Assembly (NCBI RefSeq): GCF_000829315.1
Contig: NZ_AP013028.1
Span: 720,001 to 752,000, forward strand
Direction: 5' to 3'
Length of the DNA stretch: 32,000 nucleotides
DNA from: Wolbachia endosymbiont of Cimex lectularius
GTDB taxonomy: Bacteria; Pseudomonadota; Alphaproteobacteria; Rickettsiales; Anaplasmataceae
Below the pieces are notes generated by a model, which saw only the letters and a program-made list of their open reading frames with translations, made no database searches and was not told where the DNA came from. Both the position numbers and the translations under genes were made by a program. Each line of letters begins with the position of its first letter. The first letter of the stretch is position 1. Shown piece after piece: positions 1 through 9,966 of the stretch.

Positions 1-218
1 AGATTTTGGCTTAGCTTGAAAACTGAGATTTTTAAATAATATTTTATTATTACGGGCACAGGATAAATTTTCACATTCAAGCATTTACTGGACCTCCAAA
101 GAGGACCTGGAGCCTAGATACTTCGATGTATGAACATTGCAACTTGTAGGTAGTTTGTGCAACAGACAGTAAGTGTTTGATACGTAAGCATTGTGATTTG
201 AGAACTCTTTTCACTAAG

Positions 219-439
219 AGGATGTTATCCCAGTGCCTGAGCACTGGGATCCAGGAATGCTGGTTGAACACTAGATTGGTAAGTATGGAAGTAATTAACC
301 TAATGTTAAAACACAGCGTCAACTTTTCCGGATTCCAAATAGGAACAACATGGAATGACACAAGAAATCTAATGTTTATTAAACCCATTTGCAAGCAAAG
401 TTTGCTGGATCCCAGTGTCAAGCACTGGGATGACATCCT
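219..439. repeat. Cluster of three hairpin (WPE/REP-like) repeats; the outer two (219-255, 405-439) are inverted copies of each other
   Basis: aggatgttatcccagtgcctgagcactgggatccagg at 219-255 is the near-exact reverse complement of ctggatcccagtgtcaagcactgggatgacatcct at 405-439. A third hairpin, ggattccaaat..atggaatgac, lies at 330-360. The same motif family recurs across the window. Confidence 0.8.
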
Positions 440-521
440 TGTGTCTGAGGCAACACTGGCTGTAAAACTTAACATAATTCAAGGAGTTTAATATCAGAAA
501 GTAGGCTGTACAACGGATACA

Positions 522-953
522 TTATCTGCCCTTTCCTTTATACTTACCCTTAGTTGAAGCCTGAGCTTTTACAAACAGCTCCCAAAATCCTTTCTGTCCG
601 CCTTCTCTATTTATCAACTGCGCCAAACGCTGCATAAATCCACCACTTAACATAACCATTTTTGTCCATTTACCTACTGGCTTTGCAATGTCAACTATTT
701 CTGGATCTTCTTTGTAAACCTGTATATCTTTTTGCTTTTCGCGCAGCATTTCTTGATGTTTCATCAACCCTTTTTGCTTATTCTTTTGATATAATTCATT
801 GAATTTTCTGTCTTCCTCCCACTTTTCTTCAAGGACTTTTTTAGGAAATATGATTTTCCGAATTCGGTTCTTGTATATATTTCTCAAAAAGAAAAATACT
901 GCAGCCGCAGCAAGTAATGTTATGCTATATATTATGATCTGTACAAATGGCAT
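522..953 (-). CDS. Hypothetical membrane-anchored protein with an N-terminal TM helix and a Lys/Glu-rich body
   Basis: 143-aa ORF. Hydrophobic N-terminus IIIYSITLLAAAAVFFFL followed by a charged region. I recognise no family. Confidence 0.5.
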   Translation of the reverse strand: MPFVQIIIYSITLLAAAAVFFFLRNIYKNRIRKIIFPKKVLEEKWEEDRKFNELYQKNKQKGLMKHQEMLREKQKDIQVYKEDPEIVDIAKPVGKWTKMVMLSGGFMQRLAQLINREGGQKGFWELFVKAQASTKGKYKGKGR

Positions 954-1091
954 TTTTCGTATCTAGATTTATTAAAAATACCCTTATTATTATACCACAA
1001 TTATAGAAACTCTGCAAACTTGTGTGAGCAAAGACAGCACAAAGCAACATTTCTCTATCTCGCAAGTTGTGTAAATATGCGATGAACGGGC

Positions 1092-1120
1092 TTGTATACA
1101 ATAAGGTTTATTTCTATACT
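1092..1120 (+). promoter_or_regulatory. Candidate sigma70 promoter upstream of aspS
   Basis: TTGTAT (1092-1097), 17-bp spacer, TATACT (1115-1120), 30 nt upstream of the aspS ATG. Confidence 0.3.
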
Positions 1121-1149
1121 GCTTAAAGAATTCTGGTGACCAAACAAAT

Positions 1150-2952
1150 ATGAACTACTATAAAACTCACACGTGCAATGAACTGAGAAAGAGCGATGTA
1201 GAAAAGGAAGTTACCCTCTCTGGATGGTTATACCGTAAGCGCAATCACGGTAATCTGATTTTTGTTGATTTAAGAGACTTCTATGGAATTACTCAGTTGG
1301 TATTCAATAACGATAAAGATTTTTTTGATGAAATATCAAATTTAAAATCAGAAAGTGTAATTACTGTTACAGGCATAGTCAAAGCTAGAACTGAAGATAC
1401 AGTAAACAGCTCTATTTCTACCGGAGAAATCGAGGTGATAGTCAACAATTTGCACGTTGAGTCGGAAGTTGAGTTCCACCGCGATGAAGAAATAGCAAAA
1501 GAAGAAAGAAGTATATTAGCAAGCATTACCGGTGAGCAAGAATACCCAGAAAATATGAGATTTAAATATCGATTTCTTGACTTAAGACGTGAGAAAGCCC
1601 GCAACAACATTATTTTGCGCTCACAAATCATTGCAGAACTCCGCAGTCTCATGATAGAGCAAGGATTTTTAGAGATTCAAACACCAATACTCACTGCTTC
1701 CTCTCCTGAAGGAGCACGCGACTACCTAGTGCCAAGCAAGCTAAATCCTGGCAAATTTTATGCATTGCCGCAAGCTCCGCAGATTTTCAAACAGTTGCTC
1801 ATGGTCTCAGGGTTTGATAAATATTTCCAAATTGCACCGTGTTTTCGTGATGAAGACGCAAGGGCTGATCGTTCTCCTGGGGAATTTTATCAGCTAGACC
1901 TTGAAATGTCTTTTGTGACTCAAGAGGACATATTTGACGTTATTGAATCTGCTTTATATAAAGTGTTCGCCAAGTTTTCTCGCAAGTCTGTTGACAAAGA
2001 CTTCCCACTTATTACATACAAAGAGGCAATGCTTAAGTATGGTTCTGACAAACCAGATTTGCGTAATCCACTATTAATCAGCGATGTTACAGAAATTTTC
2101 CGCGATTCAGGGTTCAATATTTTTAAAAGCAATATTGAACGTGGCATGGTAGTGAGAGCCATCCCCGCTCCCAAAACAGCAGAGGAACCACGAAGCTTCT
2201 TTGATAAAAAGATAGAACACGCACAGAAAGAATTTGGTGCCAAAGGGCTTGGATATATAACGTTTGATAAAGATGGCACTGCAAAAGGACCAATTGCTAA
2301 ATTCCTTGATGACAATAGATTAAATCGCATAAGGGAAATAACGAATATAGAGCCCGGGGATAGCGTGTTCTTTGCTTCTGATCAAGAAAATGAAGCAGCA
2401 ACAATCGCAGGAAAAGTACGCACTCTTTTAGGGTCAGAACTGGGTCTGATAGATGACAATATCTTCAAGTTCTGTTGGGTTATTGATTTTCCATATTTCA
2501 TATACGACGATAAAAGCAAAAAAATCGATTTCTTTCACAATCCATTCTCTATGCCTCATGGCGGCTTGAAAGATTTAGAGGAAAAAAATCCACTAGACAT
2601 CCTTGCTTACCAATATGATCTCGTCTGTAATGGAGTAGAACTGTCAAGCGGGGCAATCCGCAATAACAAATTGGATATTATGTACAAAGCTTTTGCCATT
2701 GCAGGTTACAGCAAGGAAGAAGTTGATACAAAATTCGGTGCGCTTGTGCGCGCATTCAGATTCGGAGTACCGCCTCACGGCGGAATAGCACCAGGGATTG
2801 ATAGAATGGTGATGCTGCTTGCTGACGAGCCAAACATTCGCGAGGTAATCTGTTTTCCTATGAATCAGCAGGGTGAAGATGTTCTAATGGGTGCTCCTTC
2901 TGAGGTAGACAATAGACATTTACGTGAATTGTCTTTGCAAATCATTGACTAA
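1150..2952 (+). CDS. aspS: Aspartate--tRNA ligase (class II, bacterial type)
   Basis: 600-aa ORF. Contains [24 protein letters not shown] (motif 2 region) and [14 protein letters not shown] (motif 3 region), with a typical N-terminal OB-fold sequence. Confidence 0.95.
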   Translation: MNYYKTHTCNELRKSDVEKEVTLSGWLYRKRNHGNLIFVDLRDFYGITQLVFNNDKDFFDEISNLKSESVITVTGIVKARTEDTVNSSISTGEIEVIVNNLHVESEVEFHRDEEIAKEERSILASITGEQEYPENMRFKYRFLDLRREKARNNIILRSQIIAELRSLMIEQGFLEIQTPILTASSPEGARDYLVPSKLNPGKFYALPQAPQIFKQLLMVSGFDKYFQIAPCFRDEDARADRSPGEFYQLDLEMSFVTQEDIFDVIESALYKVFAKFSRKSVDKDFPLITYKEAMLKYGSDKPDLRNPLLISDVTEIFRDSGFNIFKSNIERGMVVRAIPAPKTAEEPRSFFDKKIEHAQKEFGAKGLGYITFDKDGTAKGPIAKFLDDNRLNRIREITNIEPGDSVFFASDQENEAATIAGKVRTLLGSELGLIDDNIFKFCWVIDFPYFIYDDKSKKIDFFHNPFSMPHGGLKDLEEKNPLDILAYQYDLVCNGVELSSGAIRNNKLDIMYKAFAIAGYSKEEVDTKFGALVRAFRFGVPPHGGIAPGIDRMVMLLADEPNIREVICFPMNQQGEDVLMGAPSEVDNRHLRELSLQIID

Positions 2953-2982
2953 GTACCCTAGACCATATTAAACTGAGAAATC

Positions 2983-4245
2983 ATGAATAATATCCAAAAA
3001 GCAATACTGTCGAGCATAATCTGCAACATGATTATATGGTATGAGTTAACCCTATTTGGGGTTTTGATGCATATAATAAGTGACGTTTTTTTTTCATCAG
3101 AAAGTGATTACATAAAAAAAATCAAGTTCCTTGGCAGTTTTGCAATTGGATTTGGATTTAGACCGCTCGGTGCATTTATTTTCGGCTACATTGGAGATAA
3201 GTACGGCAGGAGGAAAATTTTGCTGACTTCCGTAATATTAGCTTCGATATCATCTACTGCAATTGCGGTTATACCAAGTTCTAAAGAGATAGGAATATTT
3301 TCTCCTATGTTGCTTATGCTGTGTAGAATAACGCAAGGAATGGCAGCAGGTGGAGAAACGAGTATCAATTCAGCCTTTTTAATAGAACATTCAAGCAATA
3401 AGAAAGATCTAGGGTTTTTAGGTAGCATGAAAGCTTTCAGCGGCGCGCTTGGTTCTATCACGTGCTTTGTAATGATAGCTATTTGCAAAAAGCTTACAGG
3501 TGAAAATTATGAAATTTGGGGCTGGAGGCTGCTCTTCTACTTCTGCTCTATTATGGGCGTAATAGGCTTTCTAACAAGATACATGATGGAAGAGAGCTTA
3601 GCATACAAAGCTCATGGTCAAAATAAAAGCTTATCTAATTCTCCATTTTTGGAATTAATCAGAGACTATAAAAGGATATTTGTAATAGCAATTGGGCTTG
3701 GCATTGCCCAAAATGCAATCGTTTATTCAGCAATCATGTTTTACAACATATCCGTAAAAGAACTTATCCTTTCGGGCATCGATATTAAAAATGTAGTAAG
3801 AATTATAAGTGAGATCACATTCGGAACGTCCGCGGTACTGTTTGCAACGCTATCTGATAAAGTTGGAAGAAGAAATGTGATGATTCCTACATTGGTAGCT
3901 TTAGCTTGCATCAGTTTACCGGGGCTCTCACTGTTATCTTATAATAGCCACTATATTGTAACGTTCACCTATTTGTTGATAAGTGTGCCGATAGGTGCAT
4001 CTTTTGGAATATATAATTCTCTTGTTTGTGAGTTGTTTCCAACAAAAGTTAGATGTACCGGTTTTAGCCTAGCACATAATATCTCTGCAGGAATTTTTGG
4101 TGGTCTCTCTCCCTCTATATGCATATGGCTGATAGAAAAAACTGAAACAAAACTTGCAGCAGGCATTTATCTTACTGCCTGTGCATTAATAAGCCTAATA
4201 TCTGTGCTTCAAATCAAAGCTAAAGATAAAAAAGTTGATTGGTGA
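2983..4245 (+). CDS. MFS transporter, ProP (proline/betaine)-like
   Basis: 420-aa ORF with many hydrophobic segments. MFS loop signature GYIGDKYGRRKILL follows TM2, as in the ProP family that is expanded in Rickettsiales. Confidence 0.8.
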   Translation: MNNIQKAILSSIICNMIIWYELTLFGVLMHIISDVFFSSESDYIKKIKFLGSFAIGFGFRPLGAFIFGYIGDKYGRRKILLTSVILASISSTAIAVIPSSKEIGIFSPMLLMLCRITQGMAAGGETSINSAFLIEHSSNKKDLGFLGSMKAFSGALGSITCFVMIAICKKLTGENYEIWGWRLLFYFCSIMGVIGFLTRYMMEESLAYKAHGQNKSLSNSPFLELIRDYKRIFVIAIGLGIAQNAIVYSAIMFYNISVKELILSGIDIKNVVRIISEITFGTSAVLFATLSDKVGRRNVMIPTLVALACISLPGLSLLSYNSHYIVTFTYLLISVPIGASFGIYNSLVCELFPTKVRCTGFSLAHNISAGIFGGLSPSICIWLIEKTETKLAAGIYLTACALISLISVLQIKAKDKKVDW

Positions 4246-4350
4246 AATTTTTCCTTTAATAGTAATTTCTCATATTTTAATCACACCCTAGAACTATAAA
4301 TGTAGTTCATTTAATTCAAGCAAAAACCAGTTTACCGTGAACAAATTTTG

Positions 4351-4860
4351 CTACCTAGCAACCAGAGCTAAAAAATATTGATTTCCTTCCCGTTTAGGTG
4401 CTAATTCTACCTTTGCAATATCTTCGGTATCTCTAATTAACCGTTCTAGTTTTTCCAGTCCAACCTCAGTGTTTGTGAGTTCTCTACCTCTAAATTTCAT
4501 TGTGACTTTGATTTTGTGTCCATGTGTAAGAAAATCCCTTACGTGACGCAATTTTGTTTCGTAGTCGTGATCGCCAATATTGGGACCTATTTTAATTTCT
4601 TTTATCGTTAACGTTTTTTGTTTCTTCTTTGCTTCACTTGCTTTCTTTTTTGTATCATACTTTTGCTTGCTGTAATCCAGTATTTTACATACTGGAGGAG
4701 TTGAGTCAGGCGCAATTTCCACCAAATCTAAGCCGATATTCTGAGCAGATTCCAAAGCCTGCTTTATTGCCACAATTCCAACCATTTTGCCATTTTGGTC
4801 AACTAAGCGTACTTCCTCAGCTGTAATGGATTCGTTAATTCTGTGTTTTTTAGTTTGCAA
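4351..4860 (-). CDS. infC: Translation initiation factor IF-3, non-AUG (TTG) start
   Basis: RINESITAEEVRLVDQNG..VGIV..AL..A...GLDLVEI.....PPVCKILDY matches the IF-3 N-domain and linker. There is no in-frame ATG near the N-terminus. TTG at 4860-4858 is preceded by aagggag. Confidence 0.93.
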   Translation of the reverse strand: MQTKKHRINESITAEEVRLVDQNGKMVGIVAIKQALESAQNIGLDLVEIAPDSTPPVCKILDYSKQKYDTKKKASEAKKKQKTLTIKEIKIGPNIGDHDYETKLRHVRDFLTHGHKIKVTMKFRGRELTNTEVGLEKLERLIRDTEDIAKVELAPKREGNQYFLALVAR

Positions 4861-4863
4861 ATT

Positions 4864-6774
4864 TTAACTCCCTTGACTAAGGTTAATACTTTTTAATAGC
4901 AATTCAGCAGCTTTTTCGTAGGAAGAAGACTCCTGTTTTTCTGATCCTAAATTTCTCACTGACATAGTTTTACTCGCAACTTCATTTTTGCCTACAATCC
5001 ATAATATAGGAATCTTGTTTGAACTATGCAAGCGTATCTTATAACTAATTTTCTCATTGGTTAAGTCAGTTTTAACTCTAACACCTTGTTTTTTTAAAGT
5101 GTTGTAAATTTCTGTAGCATAATCGTCAGCTTCGCTTGTAACGGTTAGAATGGCAAGTTGCGTTGGAGCGAGCCACAGTGGAAATTTTCCTGCATAATGC
5201 TCTATTAAAATTCCAATAAAACGCTCAAAAGTTCCAAGAATTGCCCTGTGTAGCATAACAGGGTGGTGCTTTTGTCCATCTGCTCCTATATAGAAAGCCT
5301 CCAGGCGCTTTGGTAAAATGAAGTCGACTTGCAACGTTCCACATTGCCAATTTCTGCCTATTGCATCTTTCAAAACGAACTCTAACTTTGGGCCATAAAA
5401 TGCACCTTCACCAGGGTTGAGTTCATAGCTTAAACCTGCTTCTTTGACAGCTTCAAGCAGCGCTTTTTCAGCTCTATCCCACACTTCATCATCTCCTGCT
5501 CTAACATTTGGACGGTCTGAAAATTTCACGGAGATTTCATTGAACCCAAGCTCTGAATATACTTCTTTTAAAAGGTCACAAAATTTTACAGTCTCAGAAT
5601 TAATCTGCTCTTCCATGCAAAAAATGTGCGCATCATCCTGCGTAAAACCACGCACTCTCATCAGTCCATGCAATGAACCTGAACTTTCGTTTCTATGACA
5701 TGTACCAAATTCTGCCATACGTATCGGTAAATTGCGGTAGCTTCTGGTGTGAGAGTTAAAAATCTGCACGTGACAAGGACAATTCATGGGTTTTATTGCT
5801 AGCTTTTTACTTTCAAATTCATCAACGATAAACATGTTTTCACGAAACTTATCCCAATGCCCTGATTTTTCCCACAGCTCCTTGCTTACTAAAATAGGAG
5901 TTTTCACTTCAGTATAGCCATTGTTTATTAATTTTTTCCTTATGTAAGACTCAAGAACGTTATATAAAGTATATCCCTGTTCATGCCAAAAAACCTGCCC
6001 GGTAGCTTCTTCCTGGATGTGAAACAAGTCCATATCCTTAGCAATCTTGCGGTGGTCGCGTTTTTCTGCCTCCTCCAAACGCTTAAGATAAGCGTTTAAT
6101 TCATCCTTATTTCGCCACGCGGTGCCATATATTCGCTGTAGCATTGGACCTTTAGCATCACCACGCCAGTATGCTCCTGCAACTTTCATGAGTTTAAACG
6201 CTTTGACTCTACCTGTTGATGGCGAGTGCGGACCACGGCACAAGTCAACAAAATCTCCTTGTCTATAAACAGTTAGATTTTCACTCTCTGGTATGGAGGA
6301 GATAATATCAACCTTATATTTTTCACCTATACTGCTAAAAAAATCAATTGCTTGCTTACGCGTCCAAATTTCTCGAACAAATCTGTGATTGCTTTTTATG
6401 ATCTCTTTCATTTTCTTTTCTATTGCAACAAGATCATCCGTGGTAAAGGTACGATCTGTAGCAAAATCATAGTAGAAGCCGTCCTGAATTGTTGGACCGA
6501 TGGTAATCTGAGTGTTAGGAAAGAGTTCTTTCACTGCCTGAGCCATTATATGAGCAGCATCATGCCTTATTATATCCAAACCCATTTCGTCACTGAGTTG
6601 TATCACCTCTATTTCTGTGTCAGATTCAATTTCACGTGAGAGATCATATAACTCACCATTTACCTTTAGGGCAACAGCTTCTTTTAAAACGTCTGGTTGT
6701 AGTATGTCAAAACCAGTAACCCTGCCGCTGTATTCTTCTACTTTTTGTTCATCTGAAAAAGTAATTCTAATCAT
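4864..6774 (-). CDS. thrS: Threonine--tRNA ligase
   Basis: TGS/editing/class II core/anticodon-binding architecture (MIRITFSDE.., [42 protein letters not shown]). I place the start at ATG 6774; the ORF-track extension to 6831 adds a non-homologous leader. Confidence 0.93.
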   Translation of the reverse strand: MIRITFSDEQKVEEYSGRVTGFDILQPDVLKEAVALKVNGELYDLSREIESDTEIEVIQLSDEMGLDIIRHDAAHIMAQAVKELFPNTQITIGPTIQDGFYYDFATDRTFTTDDLVAIEKKMKEIIKSNHRFVREIWTRKQAIDFFSSIGEKYKVDIISSIPESENLTVYRQGDFVDLCRGPHSPSTGRVKAFKLMKVAGAYWRGDAKGPMLQRIYGTAWRNKDELNAYLKRLEEAEKRDHRKIAKDMDLFHIQEEATGQVFWHEQGYTLYNVLESYIRKKLINNGYTEVKTPILVSKELWEKSGHWDKFRENMFIVDEFESKKLAIKPMNCPCHVQIFNSHTRSYRNLPIRMAEFGTCHRNESSGSLHGLMRVRGFTQDDAHIFCMEEQINSETVKFCDLLKEVYSELGFNEISVKFSDRPNVRAGDDEVWDRAEKALLEAVKEAGLSYELNPGEGAFYGPKLEFVLKDAIGRNWQCGTLQVDFILPKRLEAFYIGADGQKHHPVMLHRAILGTFERFIGILIEHYAGKFPLWLAPTQLAILTVTSEADDYATEIYNTLKKQGVRVKTDLTNEKISYKIRLHSSNKIPILWIVGKNEVASKTMSVRNLGSEKQESSSYEKAAELLLKSINLSQGS

Positions 6775-7070
6775 AAATATACCTATTGGGAGGACATTGG
6801 AACAACAGGGGCTCTGCGCATAAGTCAACAATAATTTTTATATAAATCAAAATACCTCCATAACTCTTAATAATTTTACGCAAATTAAAAGTAGTACGCT
6901 TCCACGGTTCTCTTCATGGTCTGATATAGCAGTTAAGCCGCATTATACTTGTTAGGCAGAAGTGAACGGCAACACATGTCTAATACGAAATCTAAGTTTC
7001 ACTCTGCTCTTGCTTATTCTTTCCATCGGCATTACTACCTTGAGTAAAATTTGTGCTCTTCCTATATCCT

Positions 7071-7160
7071 TTAATAACAAAATTCTGTTTTATCAACCAA
7101 CATTCTATGCATAATTACAGCTAATTTCTGGGCTACTGCAACAATTACCTTCTTCAACAG
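7071..7160 (-). pseudogene. Remnant of an IS110-family transposase C-terminus
   Basis: The minus-strand frame reads LLKKVIVAVAQKLAVIMHRMLVDKTEFCY*, resembling the conserved IS110-family C-terminal helix (..ALVAxARKLAxIxxxMxxD.T.F). It is bounded upstream by a stop, so it is a fragment only. Confidence 0.45.
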
Positions 7161-7313
7161 CTAGGCATAAGTCAATCTGAGGAGCAGAAGCAAGTTTTGA
7201 CGCAAAATCGGAAAGAGGTTATGCAAGAGATCTATCAATGGCGTCAACTTAAGAACTTCCATTAGCAAACTCTCCTAAAGACATGATGGCGTTTGGGCTT
7301 ATCCATGTTACCC

Positions 7314-7623
7314 AATAGAAACGAAAAAAACTACTTGACAACCTTCACCAGTCCCCTTACAATAAAGTCGTGGGTGTTTTAGGCCTAAAATTTATCTTTA
7401 ATCTTGTATTAAGTGACAAAAGCACAGTATAAAACAAGGCGTGTTATGTTTTATTTTTGCAGCATGGACACTGCATGTCTTTATAATCTTTTGTCTACAT
7501 TAGCTGAGCCTCGCTTATTAAGCGGTGTAAGAGAGAATCGGACGCCAAGTTTTTGAGAGAACAGTAACAACTCACGTTGCGGGGTTTTTTTGTCTTTTTT
7601 TTAAATTAGTTAAAATTTTAACC
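7314..7623 (+). repeat. Promoter-bearing modular intergenic repeat, copy A (modules P-S-T)
   Basis: P: aatagaaacgaaaaaaactacTTGACA-17-TACAAT. S: ggcgtgttatgttttatttttgcagcatggacactgcatgtcttt (7438-7488). T: gctgagcctcgcttattaagcgg..acgccaag..gcggggtttttttgtctttttttt. Collinear with copies D and E. Confidence 0.8.
7335..7363 (+). promoter_or_regulatory. Near-consensus sigma70 promoter in repeat copy A
   Basis: TTGACA 7335-7340, exactly 17-bp spacer, TACAAT 7358-7363, with an upstream A-tract. Confidence 0.55.
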
Positions 7624-7640
7624 AATCTCATTTTTTTCAC

Positions 7641-7818
7641 AAAAAAACTGCTTGACAAGTTTCGACATTTCCCTTATCATAAATTATGGATATTTACAAT
7701 CCCAAGGTCAGCTACTTGTCAAGCGTATAAGGCATTAACGCCAAGTTCCTAAAATAGATATTGACCAGGGTTTCTTTTACCTTTTTTTTTATTTAGTAAA
7801 TTTTTTAAATATTAAAGC
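7641..7818 (+). repeat. Promoter-bearing modular repeat, copy B (modules P-T, no S)
   Basis: aaaaaaactgcTTGACA-17-TATCAT, then caagcgtataaggcattaacgccaag..aaaatagatattgaccagggtttcttttaccttttttttt..gtaaattttttaaatatta. This matches the second T module of copy D. Confidence 0.75.
7652..7680 (+). promoter_or_regulatory. Near-consensus sigma70 promoter in repeat copy B
   Basis: TTGACA 7652-7657, 17-bp spacer, TATCAT 7675-7680. Confidence 0.55.
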
Positions 7819-7852
7819 AATTTATGAACGAACATTTATTTTTGCAACAAAT

Positions 7853-8086
7853 GTTGTCATTCCAGCACCATAGGGTGTCATGCCAGTGGCCCAGACACTG
7901 GCATTCAGAAATTTTACTAAGTTGGTGAGTATAAAAGTAGCTGTTTTATGTTAAAATACGACGTTTTAATGATTATGGAAAGGCTGGATGCCAGTGTCGG
8001 AGCACTGGCATGACAAGAAAAGAGTGCTGGAACGACAGGAGGAGGGGCGCTGGAATGGCATCGTTTACTATGTTCATATTATAATG
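7853..8086. repeat. Hairpin-repeat cluster plus a ~160-bp composite repeat (7924-8086) just 3' of glmS
   Basis: gtcattccagcacc..ggtgtcatgccagtggcccagacactggcattc at 7853-7908. ggtgagtataaaagt..ggatgccagtgtcggagcactggcatgacaag..aggaggaggggcgctggaatggcatcgtttactatgttcatattataat is collinear with 31633-31757. Confidence 0.8.
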
Positions 8087-8118
8087 TTTGTACAGTTGTG
8101 TGCCTGACTGTAAATGAA

Positions 8119-9939
8119 CTACTCAACCGTAACAGACTTAGCTAAATTTCTTGGACAATCAGCATCCAATCCTTTCTTGACTGCAGTAGTGTAAGCAAGA
8201 AATTGCATGGCAACACTGTAGATGATTGGAGAGATGAAATTATCAACGTCTGGGAGTTGTATTACGTCTTTACAAATCCCTCTTAGGAACGGCACTCCTT
8301 GCTTGTCACTAAAAGCGATCACTTTACCTTTTCTTGCTATAATTTCTTGTATGTTGGACAGCGTTTTAAAAAATAAATTGTCATATGGAATAATTGCTAT
8401 GACAAGTACAGATGAATCTATCAAAGCAATCGAACCGTGCTTCATCTCTCCCGCTGCAATACCGATGGTATTAATATATGAAAGTTCCTTTATTTTCAAT
8501 GCACCTTCCATTGCAACTCCATATGAGCTTCCTCTGCCGATTAAAATGATGCTGCTATGCTCTAGTATACTGTCTGATATATGTTGTATCTTCATCGCAT
8601 TTAAAACATGCTCAATATATTCTGGAATAGAGTTGATAGCATTACTCAGTTGCTTTATTCTCTTTTCATCCAACGTACCTTTTATTTTTGCAAGCTCTAA
8701 GGCAAGGCATGCTAAAATTGCAAGTTGCGCAGAAAAGGTTTTTGTTGAAGCAACACCAATTTCTGGTCCAGCAAGAGTATGTAACACGATATCTGAGATT
8801 CTTTCAATGCTGCTGCTGAATGTGTTAGTTAGGCTAATGATTGTTTGCTTCTGTGATTTTGCATAGCGCAATGCTTCCATGGTATCTGCAGTTTCGCCAG
8901 ATTGTGAGATGAATAATCCAATACTTCCCTTCTCCAACTTAATGTTGCTATACCTAAATTCCGACGAGATTTCCAGATACACTCGAACTTGGGCAATGCT
9001 TTCCAGCCAATATTTCGCTATTAGCCCAGCAAAATAAGACGACCCGCACCCAACTATGGTAATGTAACTAAGTTTAGAAAATAATTTTTTGTTGGCAGAT
9101 ATTGCCTCTGTATACTTTTTATAAAATTGATTTATTGTTTTATTTAATGCACAAGGCTGCTCAAAAATTTCTTTTAGCATGAAGCTAGAGTAACCGTTTT
9201 TGTTGATTACAAAGCTGCTTGAACTATTATTTTCTATACTGCGTTTAACTTGTGCACCGTTGTTGTATATACTCACCCCGCTAGATTTTATCACCGCAAC
9301 GTCGTCATCCTCTAGGTATGATATTCTGTCCACTAGTGCATTTAAGGTGTTAGAATCAGATGCGGCAAATACGGTGTTGCAGTTATAGCCTATCGCTAAA
9401 GGTAGGTTTCTTTTTGCAACAAATAGAGCATCTCTATATTCTGCAAACAATAGGACCAAAGCAAACGAGCCATGTAGGTTGCTTAAACACTTAAATAGAG
9501 AGTCAACAGGTGACAACCCTCCATTGAGATATAGGGTTAACATGTTTGGTATGACCTCTGTGTCGGTGTCAGTATGAAACGGCATTCCCCGTTCTTCTAG
9601 CCCCCTTTTCAGCAAATTGTAATTTTCAATTATACCGTTATGGGCAACAACAACATCATTTGTATGAATGGGATGAGCATTTTTAAGATCTGGAACTCCA
9701 TGTGTAGCCCAGCGAGTATGTGCTATGCCAACTGTGCTGCTAGACATCTTGCTGTTGCCAACAACTTCACATAACCTTTCGACTTTACCTTCTGATTTTT
9801 TAACCTCTATTTTGCCTTCATTGTTTATGATTGCTATGCCTGAAGAATCGTATCCCCTGTATTCCAATTTCTGCAACCCGGCCAGCAAAGTTGGTATTAC
9901 TGAATCACCGCTACTTACTACACCGAGTATTCCACACAC
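8119..9939 (-). CDS. glmS: Glutamine--fructose-6-phosphate aminotransferase (isomerizing)
   Basis: 606 aa. N-terminal MCGILGVV (catalytic Cys2 of Ntn amidotransferases), two SIS-domain regions, C-terminal ..NLAKSVTVE. Confidence 0.95.
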   Translation of the reverse strand: MCGILGVVSSGDSVIPTLLAGLQKLEYRGYDSSGIAIINNEGKIEVKKSEGKVERLCEVVGNSKMSSSTVGIAHTRWATHGVPDLKNAHPIHTNDVVVAHNGIIENYNLLKRGLEERGMPFHTDTDTEVIPNMLTLYLNGGLSPVDSLFKCLSNLHGSFALVLLFAEYRDALFVAKRNLPLAIGYNCNTVFAASDSNTLNALVDRISYLEDDDVAVIKSSGVSIYNNGAQVKRSIENNSSSSFVINKNGYSSFMLKEIFEQPCALNKTINQFYKKYTEAISANKKLFSKLSYITIVGCGSSYFAGLIAKYWLESIAQVRVYLEISSEFRYSNIKLEKGSIGLFISQSGETADTMEALRYAKSQKQTIISLTNTFSSSIERISDIVLHTLAGPEIGVASTKTFSAQLAILACLALELAKIKGTLDEKRIKQLSNAINSIPEYIEHVLNAMKIQHISDSILEHSSIILIGRGSSYGVAMEGALKIKELSYINTIGIAAGEMKHGSIALIDSSVLVIAIIPYDNLFFKTLSNIQEIIARKGKVIAFSDKQGVPFLRGICKDVIQLPDVDNFISPIIYSVAMQFLAYTTAVKKGLDADCPRNLAKSVTVE

Positions 9940-9966
9940 AACTAAATGAACCTTTCTTTAAAGTTA

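Noticed and set aside
77-491. ORF-track entries 77-475 (-) and 177-491 (+) as protein genes
   Set aside because: They overlap each other on opposite strands and are built across palindromic repeats (peptides such as ..PVLRHWD.. and ..QCLSTGIQ..). They have no RBS and no family resemblance, so they are most likely repeat-generated open frames.
1293-2330. Antisense ORFs inside aspS (1293-1652, 1920-2330), plus similar antisense ORFs inside thrS, glmS, mutS, hscA, radA, ftsY, qor and the NMO-like gene
   Set aside because: Each is fully nested opposite a well-supported conserved CDS. The peptides are low-complexity and show no motifs, which fits chance open frames.
6775-6831. N-terminal extension of thrS ([19 protein letters not shown])
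   Set aside because: ThrRS homology begins at MIRITF (ATG 6774). The extension is Cys-rich and not ThrRS-like.
7588-7612. T-rich ends of the T modules as classical rho-independent terminators
   Set aside because: The T tracts are clear (gcggggtttttttgtctttttttt, gggcttcttttgcttttttctc), but I found no convincing GC-rich stem directly upstream in any copy. Terminator function is only a possibility.
7853-8086. Recurring palindromes as a CRISPR array
   Set aside because: The repeats are internally palindromic, irregularly spaced, variable in sequence and dispersed, including inside genes. There is no repeat-spacer periodicity and no cas genes.
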